A DNA stretch of 44,517 nt, taken from positions 1 through 44,517 of the forward strand of contig JAJYDL010000002.1 in NCBI GenBank assembly GCA_021777495.1, read 5' to 3'. The notes beneath the pieces were generated by a model, which saw only the letters and a list, made by a program, of their open reading frames with translations, was not told where the DNA came from and searched no databases. The stretch comes from a bacterium (GTDB taxonomy: Bacteria > Patescibacteriota > Minisyncoccia > UBA6257 > 2-01-FULL-56-20). Below are positions 9,276-17,797 of the stretch, piece by piece. How positions within the stretch are numbered: the stretch's first letter is position 1; each line of letters opens with the position of its first letter. Made by a program: the position numbers and the translations under genes.

Positions 9276-9677
9276 ATGCCCCTCTGGACCGAAGCCGCAC
9301 TCCATACGCTCGCAAAGAAGCTCTTGAAGCAGCTCAGGGTCACCGGCGCGACCCTCGATATCTTTCTCCTCAAGGATGCCGACATCGCGGCGCTCAAAGC
9401 CCGTTTCATAAAGAAAAAGACCGAGCCGAACGTGCTCTCGTTCAGGGACCCCCTCGCATTCCCGCATCCCGAGGTCCGGGCGAAGTATCTCGGCGAGGTA
9501 TATCTCAATAAGGACATTTTACGCAAGGAGCCCGACCGCGCCGCGCCGCTCCTTCTTCATGGCATCCTCCATCTTCTCGGATATGATCATGAAAAGAAAA
9601 CGGATGCCGTCCGGATGGAAGGACTTGAGGCCAAGGTCTTGGAAGCTCTCGGGAAAAGAAAGGGCGCGCGACCATGA
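9276..9677 (+). CDS. ybeY: rRNA maturation endoribonuclease YbeY
   Basis: The zinc motif HGILHLLGYDHE is present. Confidence 0.88.
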   Translation: MPLWTEAALHTLAKKLLKQLRVTGATLDIFLLKDADIAALKARFIKKKTEPNVLSFRDPLAFPHPEVRAKYLGEVYLNKDILRKEPDRAAPLLLHGILHLLGYDHEKKTDAVRMEGLEAKVLEALGKRKGARP

Positions 9678-9735
9678 CCCGACGCCGCGATTTGCGCGGC
9701 GTTTCTTTTACACAGTTCCTTTCGCCCGTTTTTCC

Positions 9736-9744
9736 TGATATCAT
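9736..9744 (+). promoter_or_regulatory. Extended -10 TGATATCAT, 6 nt upstream of the ftsA ATG
   Basis: The sequence reads ccTGaTATCATagtggtATG. Confidence 0.4.
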
Positions 9745-9750
9745 AGTGGT

Positions 9751-10998
9751 ATGAAATTCAGGGGATTTGGAGGCGGCAGTGATATTATTACGGGTCTCGA
9801 TATCGGTACCTCTTCCCTCAAGCTCGTCGTTGCGGACTGCCGCGGCCGCCGGCCGACGGTATTGCACGTCTATGAAGAGCCTTCGTTCGGCCTGCGGAAA
9901 GGGGCCGTCATCGATCTTGGCGAAGCCACCCATGCGATCAACCGGGCGATCGTCGAGGCGAAGAAGGTATCCAAGTCCGCGGCGAAGAATATTTACGCGA
10001 GCCTCGGGACGCCCCAGGCGAAGATGCAGATCTCTCGCGGCATCGTCGCGGTCTCGCGCGCGGATGCGGAGATCTATAAGGACGATGTCGACCGCGCGGT
10101 CCGTGCGTCGCAGGCGGTGAACCTTCCGCAGAACCGCATGATCGTCCACGCGATCACGAGGGAATATATGGTTGACGGCGTGGGGGATATCGTGGACCCG
10201 CTCGGCCTTTCCGGGTCGCGGCTCGAGGTCCAGTCGCTCGTCATCGATGCGTTCTCGCCCCATATCAAAGCGCTTTCACGGGCTATCGAGCTTGCGGGAG
10301 GGGATGTGCTGGGGCTTTTGTTCGGACCGCTTGCCGCGGCGCATGCGGCGCTCTCGAAGCGGCAGCGGGATCTCGGTACGGTGCTTATCGATATCGGATT
10401 CGGTACGACGGGAGTCATCTCTTACGAAGAGGACCGCCTGCTCGGCATCGCGAAGTTCCCCGTGGGCGCGGGCAACATCTCGAACGATCTCGCCGTGGGC
10501 CTCAAGATCCCCGTTGATGCCGCGGAAGAGGTGAAGCTCCGTTACGGGTATGCGCTTTCCCGCGAGGTGGGCGCCAAGGAATCCGTGGATCTCTCGAAGT
10601 TCGTTCCCCAGGCGAAGGCCGCGGTTTCCCGCCGGTTCATCGCCGAGATCATCGAATCGCGCCTCGAAGAGGTCTTCGATCTCGCGAACAACGAACTGAA
10701 GCTCATCCAGAAGTTCGGCCAGCTCCCCGGAGGCGCGGTGATCGTGGGCGGCGGCGCCAAGCTTCCCGGCATCACGGATCTCGTGAAACAGGAGATGAAG
10801 CTTTCCGCGCAGATCGGTTTCACGCTTCCCGAGGATTGGGAGGCGGAGGGCGGCGCGTTCAAGGAATACCTCGAGGATCCCTCTTTCACCACCGCATTCG
10901 GCCTTATATTATGGGGTATGCAGGCCCAGGGTATGACCGAGGAGGCGGCGTCCCCGAAAGCCGGCCTCAAGAGCTTTTTCAACTATTTCACTCCCTGA
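9751..10998 (+). CDS. ftsA: Cell division protein FtsA
   Basis: Actin-fold blocks are present (GLDIGTSSLKLVV, VLIDIGFGTTGV, VGGGAKLPG). It lies immediately upstream of ftsZ. Confidence 0.9.
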   Translation: MKFRGFGGGSDIITGLDIGTSSLKLVVADCRGRRPTVLHVYEEPSFGLRKGAVIDLGEATHAINRAIVEAKKVSKSAAKNIYASLGTPQAKMQISRGIVAVSRADAEIYKDDVDRAVRASQAVNLPQNRMIVHAITREYMVDGVGDIVDPLGLSGSRLEVQSLVIDAFSPHIKALSRAIELAGGDVLGLLFGPLAAAHAALSKRQRDLGTVLIDIGFGTTGVISYEEDRLLGIAKFPVGAGNISNDLAVGLKIPVDAAEEVKLRYGYALSREVGAKESVDLSKFVPQAKAAVSRRFIAEIIESRLEEVFDLANNELKLIQKFGQLPGGAVIVGGGAKLPGITDLVKQEMKLSAQIGFTLPEDWEAEGGAFKEYLEDPSFTTAFGLILWGMQAQGMTEEAASPKAGLKSFFNYFTP

Positions 10999-11031
10999 TT
11001 TTTTGTGATAGCATCATAGGAACAATCGATC

Positions 11032-12405
11032 ATGGCGAAGGCGAACATATATCACACCGCACCGCGTCGCAAGGGCACCCGGCGGACAAGTTCGGAAAAG
11101 AAAAAACCGTTCCAGCCGCTTTCGGCCAACGTTAAAGTCATCGGCGTGGGAGGAGGGGGCGGCAACGCCGTTGCCCGCATGGCGAAGGATTTTTACCGCG
11201 GCGTTGATTTCGTCGCCATCAATACCGACCACCAGGATCTCGATCATTGCGAAGTGAAGACCCGGCTCTATATCGGCAAGGGGCTCACCAAGGGCCTTGG
11301 GACCGGTATGAATCCCGATCTCGGACGCCAGGCGGCCGAGGAGAACCGTTCCGAGATCAGCGAAGTGGTCCAAGGGGCGGACCTCGTGTTCATCGCCGCA
11401 GGGCTTGGCGGCGGGACGGGCACGGGCGCCACGCCCGTCATCGCGGAGACCGCGAAGCAGGCGGGTGCGCTTACGGTCGCCGTCGTCACGAAGCCGTTCG
11501 CATTCGAGGGCTCGCAGCGCGAGAGGCTTGCAAGCGAGGGTCTTCTGAAGCTCCGCGACAAGGTTGACGCGATGATCGTCGTGCCGAACGACCGCATTTT
11601 CACCGTGATCGGCAAGGACACGCCCATCGTGAAAGCCTTCGAGGCGATCGACGACATTCTCCGCAACGCATTGAAAGGCCTCGTCGAGATGATCGCCATG
11701 CCCGGCATCATCAATGTCGATTTCGCGGATGTGAAGAACATCATGCAGGATGCGGGCATCGCCATCATCGGCGTGGGGCGGGCTACCGGCCCCGATCGCG
11801 CGGTGAAGGCCGTGACGGCCGCGCTCCATTCGCCGCTCCTTGAGACGAGCCCCGACGGGGCGAGGGCCGTGCTCCTCGGGATCACGGGCGGCCGCGACCT
11901 CAAGATGACCGAAGTGAACGATGCCGCAAAGATCGTTGCCCAGACCGCGGATCCCGGAGCCCGCATCATCTTCGGCGCCTATTACGACCGGATGATGCCT
12001 GCGGGGCAGCTCAAGGTGACCGTCGTTGCGGCAGGCTTCAACGGAAGCCAGAGCGGTTCGCTCTTCGGCACCAATTCCTACGAGCCCCGCCAGGGGATTT
12101 TCGGGAGGCCCGGGTTCGAAGCGCCGTCGATCGGTGCGAAGAAGCAGTCCACGCCCACGACAATGTCCGAGCGGGGCGGTTTCTCCGGCGGAATGTCTTC
12201 CAAAGAGACCACCATTCATGCGCGCGGCGAGGAATCCGCCGACGAGCTCGTGGCCCAGCAGAGGATCAATTCCGCCGCGGCACCGAACGCCCAAAAAGGC
12301 GACACTGCGGCAAAGGCGGGAGGCGTCGCCGCAATGAATTCGAACAAGGAAAAGGAGAACGATGCATGGGACATCCCCGCATTCCTGAGGCGAAGAAAGC
12401 GTTAG
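11032..12405 (+). CDS. ftsZ: Cell division GTPase FtsZ
   Basis: Supporting features are VIGVGGGGGNAV, the tubulin signature GLGGGTGTGATP, NDRI, and the C-terminal peptide DIPAFLRRRKR. Confidence 0.95.
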   Translation: MAKANIYHTAPRRKGTRRTSSEKKKPFQPLSANVKVIGVGGGGGNAVARMAKDFYRGVDFVAINTDHQDLDHCEVKTRLYIGKGLTKGLGTGMNPDLGRQAAEENRSEISEVVQGADLVFIAAGLGGGTGTGATPVIAETAKQAGALTVAVVTKPFAFEGSQRERLASEGLLKLRDKVDAMIVVPNDRIFTVIGKDTPIVKAFEAIDDILRNALKGLVEMIAMPGIINVDFADVKNIMQDAGIAIIGVGRATGPDRAVKAVTAALHSPLLETSPDGARAVLLGITGGRDLKMTEVNDAAKIVAQTADPGARIIFGAYYDRMMPAGQLKVTVVAAGFNGSQSGSLFGTNSYEPRQGIFGRPGFEAPSIGAKKQSTPTTMSERGGFSGGMSSKETTIHARGEESADELVAQQRINSAAAPNAQKGDTAAKAGGVAAMNSNKEKENDAWDIPAFLRRRKR

Positions 12406-12424
12406 TGGCGGCAATTCTCCATTG

Positions 12425-12455
12425 AATCCCCGGCGCGTTGCCGGGGATTTTTATT
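12425..12455 (+). terminator. Rho-independent terminator after ftsZ
   Basis: ATCCCCGGC-GCGTT-GCCGGGGAT is followed by TTTTTATTT. Confidence 0.7.
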
Positions 12456-12518
12456 TGCATGCGCGTACGTATTCCGCCGTACGCGGCCCGTATCGTGCGG
12501 CGTTCCCGCAAATCCCCA

Positions 12519-13601
12519 TTATTCCGAGGCGCCGTCCGCGGGAAGCGCGTGCTGCGGTGCGGCCGCATCCGGCGCGTTCTCCGGGGAGATATTCCCGATC
12601 TTCACCACGTCCTTTTCGATCTTCGCGAATTCCTTGGATGCGGTGTTGTACGCGTTCGTCGTCGTCGCGAGATGCGCGCCGATCTTTTCGAGGTATTCCT
12701 CGTACCGCACGAGGTGCCGCTGGAGCTCGCCTACGCCCTTGATGATCTGCTGCGCGGACGTATTGATCTGCATCTGCCGCAGGCCCTGGTATACCATCTG
12801 GAGATAGACATAGAACGTGGTCGGCGACACGGGATAGACGTGCTTTTCTGCGGCGTACTGGATAAGGTCGCGCTCCGCGCTCACGCCGATCTTGTTGATG
12901 AGGAGATCGTAATAGAGCGCTTCCGAGGGAATGAACATGAACGCGAAATCCACCGTATCCTCGGCGGGTTTGATATATTTCGACGTCTCGTCGATGCGCG
13001 TCCGGAGGTCCATGCGGAGCGCGTCGCCGTAGCGCTTGCGCTCCTCATCCGTTGCCGCGCCCGCAAGCCGATTATAGTTCTCGAGCGAGAATTTCGAATC
13101 GATGGGGATCACCTTGTCCTGGTAGAAAATGACGGCATCCACCTTCGAGTTGTCCTTGAAGGGATACTGGAGCTGATAGGTGTTCGGCGCGAGCACGTTT
13201 TTGAGCACCGTTTCGAGAAAATATTCGCCGAGGACGCCGCGGGTTTTCGTGTTCTTCAATATGTCGTTCAGGTTGCGAAGCTGGTCGTTCAGCGCGCCGA
13301 TCTGCTTCTGCCCTTCCGCGACCTTCGTAAGCTCGGCCGTCACCTCGCGCACGATCCGCTCGCTTGCCTGCGCCTGCGAGAACACCGTCTTCGTGGAGTC
13401 GCTGAGGCGCGCATCGAGCGTGCGCGCGAGCTCCCGCATCTGCATATCGAGCCGCTTCTGCTGGTCCTGAATCTGGTTCTGGATAAGGAGCAGGGAACCG
13501 TCATCCCGCTTTTCCGGCTCCGCCTGTTTGGCGGGCATCCAGAGGCGCCATGCGATCGCGGCAAAGAGGACCGCGACGATCAGAAGAAGGATGATTTCCA
13601 T
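12519..13601 (-). CDS. rmuC: DNA recombination protein RmuC
   Basis: An N-terminal TM and long coiled coil are followed by the RmuC nuclease-like core (...VDAVIF...IPIDSKFSLE..., FMFIPSEALY). Confidence 0.85.
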   Translation of the reverse strand: MEIILLLIVAVLFAAIAWRLWMPAKQAEPEKRDDGSLLLIQNQIQDQQKRLDMQMRELARTLDARLSDSTKTVFSQAQASERIVREVTAELTKVAEGQKQIGALNDQLRNLNDILKNTKTRGVLGEYFLETVLKNVLAPNTYQLQYPFKDNSKVDAVIFYQDKVIPIDSKFSLENYNRLAGAATDEERKRYGDALRMDLRTRIDETSKYIKPAEDTVDFAFMFIPSEALYYDLLINKIGVSAERDLIQYAAEKHVYPVSPTTFYVYLQMVYQGLRQMQINTSAQQIIKGVGELQRHLVRYEEYLEKIGAHLATTTNAYNTASKEFAKIEKDVVKIGNISPENAPDAAAPQHALPADGASE

Positions 13602-13607
13602 AGGGTC

Positions 13608-13616
13608 ATTTTATCA
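13608..13616 (-). promoter_or_regulatory. Extended -10 TGATAAAAT, 6 nt upstream of the rmuC ATG
   Basis: The minus strand reads cgTGaTAAAATgaccctATG. Confidence 0.4.
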
Positions 13617-13628
13617 CGTTTGCAAAAC

Positions 13629-13654
13629 AAAAACGCCCCCGAAGGGGCGTTTTT
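13629..13654 (-). terminator. Rho-independent (bidirectional-looking) terminator after the RRM gene
   Basis: AAAAACGCCCC-CGAA-GGGGCGTTTTT. Confidence 0.75.
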
Positions 13655-13664
13655 GAGACAGTGC

Positions 13665-13967
13665 TTACTGCCAGTTCCGGCCTCCGCCGAAATCGTTGTC
13701 CCGGCGAGGAGCGCGGGGCTCGAGGGGCTTGGCCTCGTTCACGGTGAGCTTGCGCCCGCCGAAATCGTTACCATTCCACATCTCGATAGCCTTCTGCGCT
13801 TCGTCGTTGGACGCCATTTCGACGAATCCGAAGCCGCGCGAGCGACCGGTCATCTTGTCCGTGATGATGCTCGCGGACACGACGGAACCTGCCTTCGCAA
13901 ACGCCTCCTGGAGTTCATCCTGAGTCGTCGAGTAGGGCAATCCGCCAACGTACAATTTAGTAGCCAT
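13665..13967 (-). CDS. RRM-type (RNP-1/RNP-2) RNA-binding protein
   Basis: RNP-2 is KLYVGGL and RNP-1 is RGFGFVEM. The protein is 100 aa with a short Gly/Arg tail. Confidence 0.9.
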   Translation of the reverse strand: MATKLYVGGLPYSTTQDELQEAFAKAGSVVSASIITDKMTGRSRGFGFVEMASNDEAQKAIEMWNGNDFGGRKLTVNEAKPLEPRAPRRDNDFGGGRNWQ

Positions 13968-14087
13968 TCTAATCTATCTCTTTGCGTGTAAGGCGACCTG
14001 CTTCTCTTCCGCTGCTCTACCACGGCAGGCCGCAAAAACGCGAGCGCCTGGCGAATGCAAACCTCTAAGAACACTTACAACGTTTCT

Positions 14088-14096
14088 ATTATACCA
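14088..14096 (-). promoter_or_regulatory. Extended -10 TGGTATAAT for the RRM gene (predicts a leader of about 114 nt)
   Basis: The minus strand reads ttaTGgTATAATagaaacg. This is the best sigma70-like -10 element upstream of the RRM gene. Confidence 0.45.
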
Positions 14097-14415
14097 TAAG
14101 CCTATCAAATAATGCAAGCCCCCTCCCGGAATGCCCCAAAACCCATATAAAATATGAAAACCCCCAAGCTTCAAGGGGCTTGGGGCATGGGGGGCGGCAG
14201 AGGATCTGATTGATCTCGTGCCGCAGGGGAACGATGACGAGGCGGAGCTCCTGTATGGTCTTTTCAACCATAAGAATCTCCCCGCTCTGGGGATGACTCG
14301 GATGTTTTATGATGCGGCCTCGGTGCTTTCTCAATCTCGCGAGGGCAGAGTTCAATTCTGCAAGCTCGGCGCGTTTGCGCTGGGCAATTCTTTTCCTTCG
14401 CAGGTCGGGACGCAT
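14089..14415 (-). CDS. Hypothetical small basic protein (uncertain; may be non-coding)
   Basis: The internal ATG of ORF 14089..14565 is preceded by AGGAGG plus 4 nt (tgtt) and by an upstream TATAAA. The product begins MRPDLRRKRIAQRKRAELAELNSALARLRKH.... However, the frame reads through a terminator-like hairpin and its TAA stop lies inside the RRM -10 box. Confidence 0.3.
   Translation of the reverse strand: MRPDLRRKRIAQRKRAELAELNSALARLRKHRGRIIKHPSHPQSGEILMVEKTIQELRLVIVPLRHEINQILCRPPCPKPLEAWGFSYFIWVLGHSGRGLALFDRLMV
14162..14185 (-). terminator. Terminator-like hairpin
   Basis: The minus strand reads CCCCAAGC-CCCTTGAA-GCTTGGGG followed by GTTTTCATATTTTAT. Confidence 0.5.
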
Positions 14416-14517
14416 AACACCTCCTGGGCGCAGCCTTCTGTATTTATAGGATATATTCCGTTGTCCGTCAATTTCGGCCATGCGGCTTTTTGACGGGCGT
14501 TCCCGTTCCGCTCCGTC

Positions 14518-14523
14518 TATAAT
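14518..14523 (+). promoter_or_regulatory. -10 box TATAAT, 10 nt upstream of ATG 14534 (overlaps an AAGGAG)
   Basis: The sequence reads gtcTATAATaaggagtattATG. Confidence 0.35.
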
Positions 14524-14533
14524 AAGGAGTATT

Positions 14534-15418
14534 ATGGGGCCCACTCTTCGCGAAAAGGAATTCATAAGGACCGTGCGGAAGCATTACCGGACGCAGGGGA
14601 GACACGATCTTCCCTGGAGGAAGACGCGCGATCCCTACGCCATTCTTGTCTCCGAGGTGATGCTCCAGCAGACGCAGGTCTCGCGCGTCGAAGGGTACTA
14701 CGCCCGTTTCCTTGCACGCTTCCCCGATTTTCCCTCGCTTGCGCGCGCGGCAACGGGCGATGTGCTTGCCGCGTGGCAAGGGCTCGGCTATAACCGCCGA
14801 GCGCTTTCCCTTAAACGGCTTGCGGAAATCGTCGTGCGGGACCACGGCGGGACGCTTCCTTTCGGCCGCGAAGCGCTTGAAGAGCTCCCGGGCATAGGGA
14901 AAGGAACCTCCGGCTCGCTTATGGCATTCGTCTTCAATCACCCCGAAGTATTCATAGAGACGAACATACGAAGGGTTTTCATCCATCATTTTTTCCCGAG
15001 GATGCGGCGCGGGGTAACGGATGAGGAAATCGGACGTTATATCAAACGTACCATGGATCGCGCGCATCCGCGCGAGTGGTATTGGGCACTTATGGATTAC
15101 GGCGCCGCGCGGGGAAAGGATGCGGGCAACCCCGGCCCTCGTTCCAATCCCAATCGGCGGAGCGCCCATTACCGCATTCAGAGCGCATTCAAAGGTTCCG
15201 ACCGCGAGCTGCGGGGGAGGATTCTCCGCTATCTTCTTGCGGCACGGGACGGCGCAGGCGGGAACGGGGCGCCGGGCATCGCCGAAGCGCGCCTCGCCGG
15301 CGCTGTAGGCGCTTCCGGAAAAGGGGGCATTGCCCGCATGCGCCGGGTGCTCTCGCAACTCCTTCGGGAAGGGTTTATTATTGAAACACAGGGCCTTATT
15401 TCCATCAATAACAAATGA
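14534..15418 (+). CDS. HhH-GPD DNA glycosylase, MutY (A/G-specific adenine glycosylase)-like
   Basis: Supporting motifs are LPWR..RDPYAILVSEVMLQQTQV, GLGYNRRA and LPGIGKGT (helix-hairpin-helix). The start was taken at MGPTLREKEF. No Cys residues occur where the 4Fe-4S loop is expected. Confidence 0.75.
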   Translation: MGPTLREKEFIRTVRKHYRTQGRHDLPWRKTRDPYAILVSEVMLQQTQVSRVEGYYARFLARFPDFPSLARAATGDVLAAWQGLGYNRRALSLKRLAEIVVRDHGGTLPFGREALEELPGIGKGTSGSLMAFVFNHPEVFIETNIRRVFIHHFFPRMRRGVTDEEIGRYIKRTMDRAHPREWYWALMDYGAARGKDAGNPGPRSNPNRRSAHYRIQSAFKGSDRELRGRILRYLLAARDGAGGNGAPGIAEARLAGAVGASGKGGIARMRRVLSQLLREGFIIETQGLISINNK

Positions 15419-16659
15419 ACATTCAACGATCTTTTTTGGTCCCGCGGTTCGTGTCCGCGGCCGTCATCGCTATTGCGGTCTTTGCCGGGATATGGGGCGT
15501 TGCGGGACGGACGCCTTCGGCCGCCGCGGCAACGACCACCGCGACCGCGCGGGCCGCGTCCGGCGCAAAGCTGCAGGTCGGTGCATGGCTTCCGTATTGG
15601 CAGAGCCAGGCGGGCGGAGAGGACGTCGCGCTCCACCTCGCCTCTTTCAATGAGATCAGCCCTTTCTCCTATGAGATAGATTCCAAAGGGCTCATCAGGG
15701 ACGACCTCCTCATCGGGAACGGCAGCTGGGATCTCTATTTCAGTGCGCTTCGCGATATGCACGTGAAGATCATCCCGACCATCGCTTATTTCAATACGAG
15801 CGGTCTTTACTCCCTTCTTTCGAACGCAAAAATACGCCAAAACGCGGAATACACCATCGCCCAGCTCGCGAAAGGGGAGAATTTCGACGGTATCGACATC
15901 GATTTCGAAGGCATGTCGCCTGCAACGAGGCCTTATTATTCCCTTTTCATCCAGGGACTTGCCATGCGGCTTCATCCCCAGGGCAAGACGCTCACCTGCA
16001 CGGTCGTGCCCCGCACCCCTCTTTCGTCGCTTTATAAAAATCCCCCCGCGAACGTCGTCTATGCGGAAAACTATCCGCTTCTCGGACGGTATTGCGACGA
16101 GGTGCGCCTCATGGCCTATGACCAGGAGGGCGTGGATATCAAACTCGACGCTTCGAAAGGGAGTAACGGCACGCTGTACGCCCCCGTTGCGGATCCCGAT
16201 TGGGTGAAGAAGCTCATCCAATACGCCGTCCAGTACATCAATCCCAGGAAGATCATGCTCGGCATTCCGACCTACGGCTATGAATATGAGGTTTCCTGGG
16301 CGAACGGACTCGTCACCTATCAGCGCGTGCGGGCCTTCGACTTCTTCGGCGGGATGGACCGCGCTACGTCTATGGGGATTCAGCCGGTACGCAATAATGC
16401 AGGAGAACTTTCGTTCACCTACCAGTCGAGCACCTACATCCAGGAACCGCCGATCCTCACGTTCACGGAGAGTTCCACGGAACCTTCGGTGCTTTCGGGC
16501 CCCAATCCGAACCATATGACCACGTTTTTCGTATCATTCCCCGATGCCACGTCGGAGATGCAAAAAGTGAAGCTCGCGGAGCAGTACGGTCTGCGGGGAA
16601 TAATGTTCTTTAAAGCTGACGGCCAGATGGACCCTGCAATATGGAATCAGCTGCCATAG
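15415..16659 (+). CDS. Secreted glycoside hydrolase family 18 protein
   Basis: It has an N-terminal signal/TM and the GH18 catalytic motif FDGIDIDFE (DxxDxDxE). Its ATG overlaps the upstream stop (ATGA). Confidence 0.8.
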   Translation: MNIQRSFLVPRFVSAAVIAIAVFAGIWGVAGRTPSAAAATTTATARAASGAKLQVGAWLPYWQSQAGGEDVALHLASFNEISPFSYEIDSKGLIRDDLLIGNGSWDLYFSALRDMHVKIIPTIAYFNTSGLYSLLSNAKIRQNAEYTIAQLAKGENFDGIDIDFEGMSPATRPYYSLFIQGLAMRLHPQGKTLTCTVVPRTPLSSLYKNPPANVVYAENYPLLGRYCDEVRLMAYDQEGVDIKLDASKGSNGTLYAPVADPDWVKKLIQYAVQYINPRKIMLGIPTYGYEYEVSWANGLVTYQRVRAFDFFGGMDRATSMGIQPVRNNAGELSFTYQSSTYIQEPPILTFTESSTEPSVLSGPNPNHMTTFFVSFPDATSEMQKVKLAEQYGLRGIMFFKADGQMDPAIWNQLP

Positions 16660-17182
16660 CCTTCGTGGCGAGTACGGCGGCATTCCTTATGGGGAGCGGA
16701 GATCCCGCTTTCAGTACCACGACGTTCGCGTAGTGGACCCCGAAGAATATCGCTTTTCCCTCGGTCTGCATCCAGATATCCATGTTATTCATGAGCTTGC
16801 TGCTCATGCGGTCGTCCACCGTGAACACCTTGGTCCCGAAAAGGGCCGGAATCATGACTTTCGTGCCGAACGGCAGAAGGTTCGTGGCAACCACGCCGTC
16901 ATGGACATAGCTGCCGTCCGCGGTGACGAACGGGCTGCCATAGGATTTCGTTTCGGCGGGGACGCTCGCGTAGGCCGTGATCTTGAGGTGCATAACTTCC
17001 TCGACCGCCCATTTTGCCTCGGGGCGGTTCTGGGGCGCCACGCGGGAAACGCCGGAAGACGCTGTTGCCGGCTGGGTTGCCGGGGAAATCGGATTTGCTT
17101 GGGCCTCAATGACCGGGCGGGGAATCGCGAAAGCCGCAAGAAGGCCGAACGCCAGACCCCACCGTCGTAAGTGAATGCTCAT
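16610..17182 (-). CDS. 3D-domain (MltA/RlpA-like beta-barrel) cell-wall protein
   Basis: It has a signal peptide, then ...ITAYASVPAETKSYGSPFVTADGSYV.DGVVATNLLPFGTKVMIP...FTVDDRM. An SD-like GGAAGGAA lies upstream. Confidence 0.75.
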   Translation of the reverse strand: MSIHLRRWGLAFGLLAAFAIPRPVIEAQANPISPATQPATASSGVSRVAPQNRPEAKWAVEEVMHLKITAYASVPAETKSYGSPFVTADGSYVHDGVVATNLLPFGTKVMIPALFGTKVFTVDDRMSSKLMNNMDIWMQTEGKAIFFGVHYANVVVLKAGSPLPIRNAAVLATKAMAADSILQGPSGRQL

Positions 17183-17248
17183 AGTGGTTCCTTCCCAATA
17201 AAAACGCCCCTTTCGGGGTTTATACAGTTTCTATTGGTTTGTGGCTTC

Positions 17249-17278
17249 ATCCTACCATGGGAGGGGGAGGGAAGTCAA
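17249..17278 (-). promoter_or_regulatory. Sigma70-like promoter for the 3D-domain gene (TTGACT, 18-nt spacer, TGgTAGGAT)
   Basis: The minus strand reads caTTGACTtccctccccctcccaTGgTAGGAT. The -35 hexamer sits in the loop of an 8-bp GGGGAGGG/CCCTCCCC hairpin. Confidence 0.4.
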
Positions 17279-17385
17279 TGCCCCTCCCCGACCCCCTTCC
17301 CGGCGGTCCTTCCGCGTCCTCGAGCCACCACGTCCTCCCGGGCAGGCATCCTCTATATGCCTTATAAAACCTATGTTTTTTGATA

Positions 17386-17430
17386 TCCAAAAGAAAATTG
17401 CCCTACCATTACCTTTTCTGGTCGGGCAAT
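17386..17430 (-). terminator. Terminator after ORF 17435..17797
   Basis: The minus strand has ATTGCCC, a 20-nt loop and GGGCAAT, followed by TTTTCTTTT. Confidence 0.5.
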
Positions 17431-17434
17431 CCTA

Positions 17435-17797
17435 TCATGTTTCGTCCTCATCCCCGTCTTCCGGCATCGGGAGGCCCTTTACCTTCGCAAAGTTTCTTCT
17501 CTGACGTCTTGCCGCCCTGCATGCCATCCTCAATTCTTCAAGGAGCCGTCCCAAATCCTCCCCGGATGCGGTCGAGAGGGGCCCCGGCGGAGCATTTTTC
17601 CCCTGACGGAGCACGTCCCCCGCCTCCTCGAGCGTCAAGGACGAACGTTCCATGCGTTCTTTGTCCGGAAGGAGCAGGGAATTCGATCCCGACATGAAGA
17701 GCCATCGAACCCTTAGCGTAAGTTCCCGTATGTTTTCGGGATCCGGCCATTCCACGATCCGCGTCTTATGGTCTTTGACGTCGTCCTCCACGGCCAA
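17435..17797 (-). CDS. Hypothetical protein (120 aa, acidic termini, no family recognised)
   Basis: The ORF has a TTG start preceded by AAGGGGGTGA and its own downstream terminator. It has no overlap with other genes. Confidence 0.4.
   Translation of the reverse strand: MAVEDDVKDHKTRIVEWPDPENIRELTLRVRWLFMSGSNSLLLPDKERMERSSLTLEEAGDVLRQGKNAPPGPLSTASGEDLGRLLEELRMACRAARRQRRNFAKVKGLPMPEDGDEDET

Noticed and set aside
14218-14493. A 91-aa plus-strand ORF in the RRM/mutY spacer.
   Set aside because: It has no RBS or promoter context and an odd composition, and it is antisense to the better-supported (though still uncertain) small basic ORF. It is not reported as a gene.
17259-17289. A G-rich tract (GGGAGGGGGAGGG) as a G-quadruplex.
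   Set aside because: Only three clean G3+ runs are present. The tract pairs well with the adjacent CCCTCCCC to form an ordinary hairpin, so the quadruplex idea is unsupported.
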